Assembly (NCBI RefSeq): GCF_006345805.1
Contig: NC_043024.1
Location: 19,096,001 to 19,160,000 of the forward strand
Origin: Octopus sinensis
Lineage: Eukaryota
Length of the DNA: 64,000 nucleotides
Direction: 5' to 3'
Part shown: piece after piece, positions 59,445 through 64,000 of the stretch
Layout: each line of letters begins with the position of its first letter
Position numbering within the stretch: position 1 is the first letter of the stretch
Program-made: the position numbers and the translations under genes
Notes under the pieces: model-generated
Database searches by the model: none
Told to the model about the DNA's origin: nothing
Seen by the model: only the letters and a program-made list of their open reading frames with translations

Positions 59445-59800
59445 ATAGGGTGTCCATGAAGTTATTGTATAGTTATTTGTAATAAAGAAATATGGTTAGA
59501 CTAAAAAGATTTTCAGAAAGTATAAGTGTTACATCAGAAAATAAATTAACCATATAGGCAATCAATTTCATTTACTAGAGTTATGATAAATGTTCAAATT
59601 GTATGTCATTAGCACACTATGACAAACTTTGGTACACAAGTCTGGATCAAGGTTAACAAATGCATCAATAATGTACTGCTGAAGATTTTCAATACTTGTT
59701 TGCTTCCTTGACTTACAAACTGTTCACAAAATTGAGACCTGCGATCACAATCATCCTCCAGAAATCTGTGAATTTGGCGCAGAATGTACGGTTTCATAAG
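59445..59800 (-). pseudogene. Possible Tc1/mariner-superfamily relic
   Basis: tatagggtgtcc TIR-like end; KPYILRQIHRFLEDDCDRRSQFCEQF resembles the KPY...L...D...R.QFCE pattern. Confidence 0.35.
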
Positions 59801-60696
59801 TTTTGTAAGTATTTTATGCAGTGATGTTCGTTTGATGCCAGTTTCTGAACTACCACAGTGAATTGATTTACTTTTGGGTTTCTTACATTGGCCTCAGCAT
59901 CCATATCATAGCCATTTTCAGCTTCACTGTATAGTAACTTATACATATACACACATACACACACACAAACGTACACACACACACACACACACACTATCAA
60001 ACACGCATACAGGAGGAATGTGTTTTTCCAGTTCATGGGCAGGCGGCGATTATAGGTGAAAGAGAATATATTCTCATCAGTTTGCCTGCCTATAATCACA
60101 GCCATTTCTTTTAATTGCAAAGGGTTCAATGATATCGTTAAAATTGATTTTATGTAAAACATCTGCTTCTATACTTCATAGAGATAAGGCATTGCGAATA
60201 TTATTTTAGCAAGTTTAAAGTGATTTCTTTTGTGGTGTAAACCATTTACAATTTCTGTGGTGCCCCTGTCACTTGATACTCTAAGTACATTGCTTAATGG
60301 GTTAATCCAGCACTGTCAATAACCTTTGTCTTGTCAATTCATTCGGAACTTTTTGTTTTCCCAAACCACGCTGCCATTTTCACTGCCTTCCTTTGAAATT
60401 CTGTGTCTTCCTATCATTCTCTATCTCTCTCTCTCTCTCTCTCTGTCTACTGCCTCTATTCAACTGTTCACATTAAAAAAAATAATTTACTTAGCATATC
60501 ATCATAATATATTGGTTTCAAATTTTCGCACAAGGCCAGCAATTTCAGTACTCAAAGGTTCTTATTTTATCAACCCCAAAAGGATGAAAAGCAAAGTTGA
60601 CTTTGGTGGAATTTGAACTCGGAACATAAAAAAGGAACAAAGTGCCGCCAAGTATTTTGCTTGGATTGCTAATGATTCTTTCAGCTCGACATCTTA

Positions 60697-61098
60697 GTAA
60701 CTCTTTTACTCTTTTACTTGTGTGTCATTTCACTGCAGCCATGCTGGAGCACCACCTTTATTTGAGCAAATTGACCCCAAGACTTATTCTTTGTAAGCCT
60801 AGTACTTATTCTATTGGTCTCTTTTTGCTGAACCGCTAAGTTACGGGGACACAAACACACCAGCATCAGTTGTCAAGCGATGTTGGGGGGACAAACACAC
60901 ACACACCACACACACATATATACATACATATACATACGACGGGCTTCTTTCAGTTTCCGTCTACCAAATCCACTCACAAGGCTTTGGTTGGCTCGAGGCG
61001 ATAGTAGAAGACACTTGCCCAAGGTGTCACGCAGTGGGACTGAACCCAGAACCATGTGGTTGGTAAACAAGCTACTTACCACACAGCTACTCCTGTGC
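60697..61098 (-). mobile_element. SINE family B, full length (a SINE A variant lies at 60515-60680)
   Basis: Reverse complement of the consensus. Confidence 0.88.
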
Positions 61099-61418
61099 CA
61101 AACGATAATGAATGAATAATAATGATGGTGGTTTCACATTTTGGCACAAGGCCAGCAAATTCAACCGGTTAAAGTTGGAATTTGAAGAACAGCCCAATAT
61201 CCATGTTTGTTTTGGTTTCTATGGCTGAATGCCCTTTTTAATGCCAACCACTTTACAGAGTGTACCTGGGTACTCTTACACAACACCAGATGCTGGCACG
61301 TGGCACTGGCACAAGTGCCCTTTACATGGCACCAGCGGCCAAGGAACCCACAAGACTAGGATTGCTCAGCTGAAGAATGATGTAGATGATATTCCTGTAT
61401 GCAAGGACAACCACAATA

Positions 61419-61462
<44 letters not shown>

Positions 61463-62065
61463 CATATATATCTGTGTGTGTGTGTGTGTGTGTGTGCATA
61501 ATATCTGTGTGTGTGTATCTTTGTATTTGTCCTCCACCAAAACTTGTCAACTGGCATTGGTTTGTTTACATCCTTGTGACTTAACAGTTTGGCAAACACA
61601 ACAATTTATAGCTAACTTAGAAAAATAAGTCCTAGGGCTGATTTGTTTGGTTAGACCCTTCAAGGTAGTGCCCCAGCATAGCCACAAGTAAAAGAGAAAA
61701 CATAAAAGATACATACATACATTCATGATGAGAAGCTTGCTTCCTAACCACATGGTTCTGGGTTCCGTTTCACCTTGGGTAAGTGTCTTCTACTATAGCA
61801 TCGGGCTGACCAAAGGCTTGTGAGTGGATTTGGTGGACAGAAACTGAAAGAAGAATAAGTATTAAGCTTACAAAAAATAACCCCTGGGGTCGATTTGTTC
61901 AACTAAAATCCATGAAGGCAGTGCTCCAGCATGGCCACAGTTAAATGACTGAAACAAGCAAAATAATAAAGATATACATACATATGTACATATACATGCA
62001 TACATATGTGTGTACATATGTATATGTACATACATGCAAACATACATCCATGCATACAAACATAT

Positions 62066-62956
62066 TGTTACGGACCACCTGCCGTCGCTCGGTCGAACGG
62101 GAAAGTTCGCCACGGAACACAGAGAGGAGAGAGATAACGACAACAACAACAGCAGGAAGAGACACAGAGGCAATCGAGAGAGACACAAAGAAGGCAAGGC
62201 AATTGGCTACGTTTAACAACTAGTTTATATGACTATTACAACATCAAATACATTTAAAGATACATCAGGTAAATACAAGCAACAGAATCAACACATCAAA
62301 GCATTTAAACAGTCCGGAGACAACAGTTCTGTTTCAAATCACATTAAAGGCATATACAATGTTCATAGACAAATAAGTTCAGATCAAATAATGTTCAAAT
62401 CAGATCGATTCAAAACAACGATACAGTTCAGATTTCTTTTCAGTCTTTAAAGACTATATCAGAGTCTTTCTTTTCCTCTCTCTTTCTTCTTTCTCTTTTT
62501 TTCGTAACACGTATCAATACAATTCTTTTTACATAAATACCACAACTCTTTCCTTCTTTTTCTTTACATATCATAACATAATTAAACACAAACAAAACTT
62601 TACCGGACGTTCCTTTTCCGTCTGCAACTATTTCAGAAAATTGCTACTGTAATTGCCAAGCCCTCTCGCTGCAGTCTCTTAGTTCCTTAATCCTCCCTGT
62701 CTTTCATCTGTCACAGCAGAAAACAACCTGTTACTTGCTCTGTCCTCGACTGACTCGTCTCTAGCAGAGTTTCCGGCCAACTGTGTTTACAGCTCAAGTT
62801 TCTTCCTTTTTAAGGGGTGTTTAGAACGAACTTTAGTTCACCTGAAAGGGGTCGCAGGTCTACTCAGAGCTAATTAATCAACCCGCATCTGGCAGAACAA
62901 TGGATTCATTGCCAAATGTAGGTCACCGTCAACTGTCCTCAAATTGAACCACAACA
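62066..62956. mobile_element. Candidate solo LTR (~890 bp)
   Basis: Non-repetitive block starting TGTTAC and ending ACAACA, embedded in a microsatellite; flanks atat/ctat match 3 of 4. Confidence 0.4.
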
Positions 62957-63156
62957 CTATGTATACTTACATACATACATGCATGCGTACATATATACGT
63001 ACATACATACTTGCATGCATACATACATAAATACACGAATGCATATTAATGAACATATATACAAACACACATGTATTCATACATGTGTACATGCCTATGT
63101 ACACTCATACATGCATACATACACACATATATTCAGACAGACAGACAGACAGACAT

Positions 63157-63547
63157 ACTCTTTTACTTGTTTCAGTCATTTGACTGCGGATATGCTGGAG
63201 CACCGACTTTAATCGAGCAACTCAACTACGGGACTTATTCTTTTGTAAGCCCAGTACTTATTCCTTCGTCTCTTTTGCCGAACCACTAAGTAATGGGGAC
63301 ATAAACACACCAGCATCGGTTGTCAAGCAATGCTAGGGGAACAAACACAAACACACACACACACATATATATATATACATATATACAACGGGCTTCTTTC
63401 AGTTTCCGTCTACCAAATCCACTCACAAGGCTTTGGTCAGCCCGAGGCTATAGTAGAACGCACTTGCCCAAGGTGCCACGCAGAGGGACTGAACCTGGAA
63501 CCATGTGGTTGGTAAGCAAGCCACCCACCACACAGCCACCCCTGTCC
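63157..63547 (-). mobile_element. SINE family B flanked by ~146-bp direct repeats
   Basis: ttgcatg.atacatacataaatacacgaatgcatattaatgaac...cagacagacagacata at 63011-63156 and again from 63549. Confidence 0.85.
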
Positions 63548-63715
63548 CTTGCATGTATACATACATAAATACACGAATGCATATTAATGAACATATATAC
63601 AAACACACATTTATACATATATGTGTACATGCCTATATACACTCATACATGCATACATACACACATATATTCAGATAGATAGACAGACAGACATATATAT
63701 ATATATATATATATA

Positions 63716-63941
63716 CTTTATTTAAAGCAGCAGAAAATTCAACAAAACCTGTTACTCTGAGTTTCACATTCCCTTTCGTCGGACAGTTTTTTCTAGCAAA
63801 AATTGTCCAACGAAAGGGAATGTGAAACTCAGAGTAACAGGTTTTGTTGAATTTTCTGCTGCTTAAATAAAGCATATTACTCTACCACTGGTATTTGAGT
63901 ACTCTTTTTTCCCCTTGTTTCACATTTATGTGTTTACTCCG
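63716..63941. mobile_element. Palindromic MITE/foldback fragment (same family as 21189-21373)
   Basis: Near-perfect inverted repeat 63716-63872; terminus gtgtttactccg|ata next to (TA)n. Confidence 0.8.
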
Positions 63942-63950
63942 ATATATATA

Positions 63951-64000
<50 letters not shown>

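Overview
AT-rich, repeat-saturated metazoan DNA, intronic or intergenic in character. The SINE families resemble those I know from Octopus (inference from recall, not a search). No intact, recognisable protein-coding gene is present, and most ORFs in the track are microsatellite read-through. The window holds four tRNA-derived SINE families (my labels A, B, F, G), an RTE 3'-UTR repeat (C) and an unclassified ~535-bp (ATT)n-flanked element (D). It also holds decayed Ty3/gypsy, CR1, R4/Dong, RTE, L1/Tx1-like and Penelope-like retroelements, a full-length dead mariner nested in a non-autonomous Helitron, two Tc1 relics and several MITE/foldback elements. Main points for follow-up: (1) about nine minimal type-I hammerhead ribozyme motifs from at least three repeat families; (2) a tRNA-like Pol III module that follows a Penelope GIY-YIG ORF end at one locus and heads a hammerhead-bearing short element at another; (3) a pri-miRNA-like hairpin in unique sequence at 58.4 kb; (4) a speculative minus-strand pair of micro-exons that splice into a signal-peptide-like sequence. 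Repeat boundaries were read by eye and are approximate unless TSDs or TIRs are quoted.
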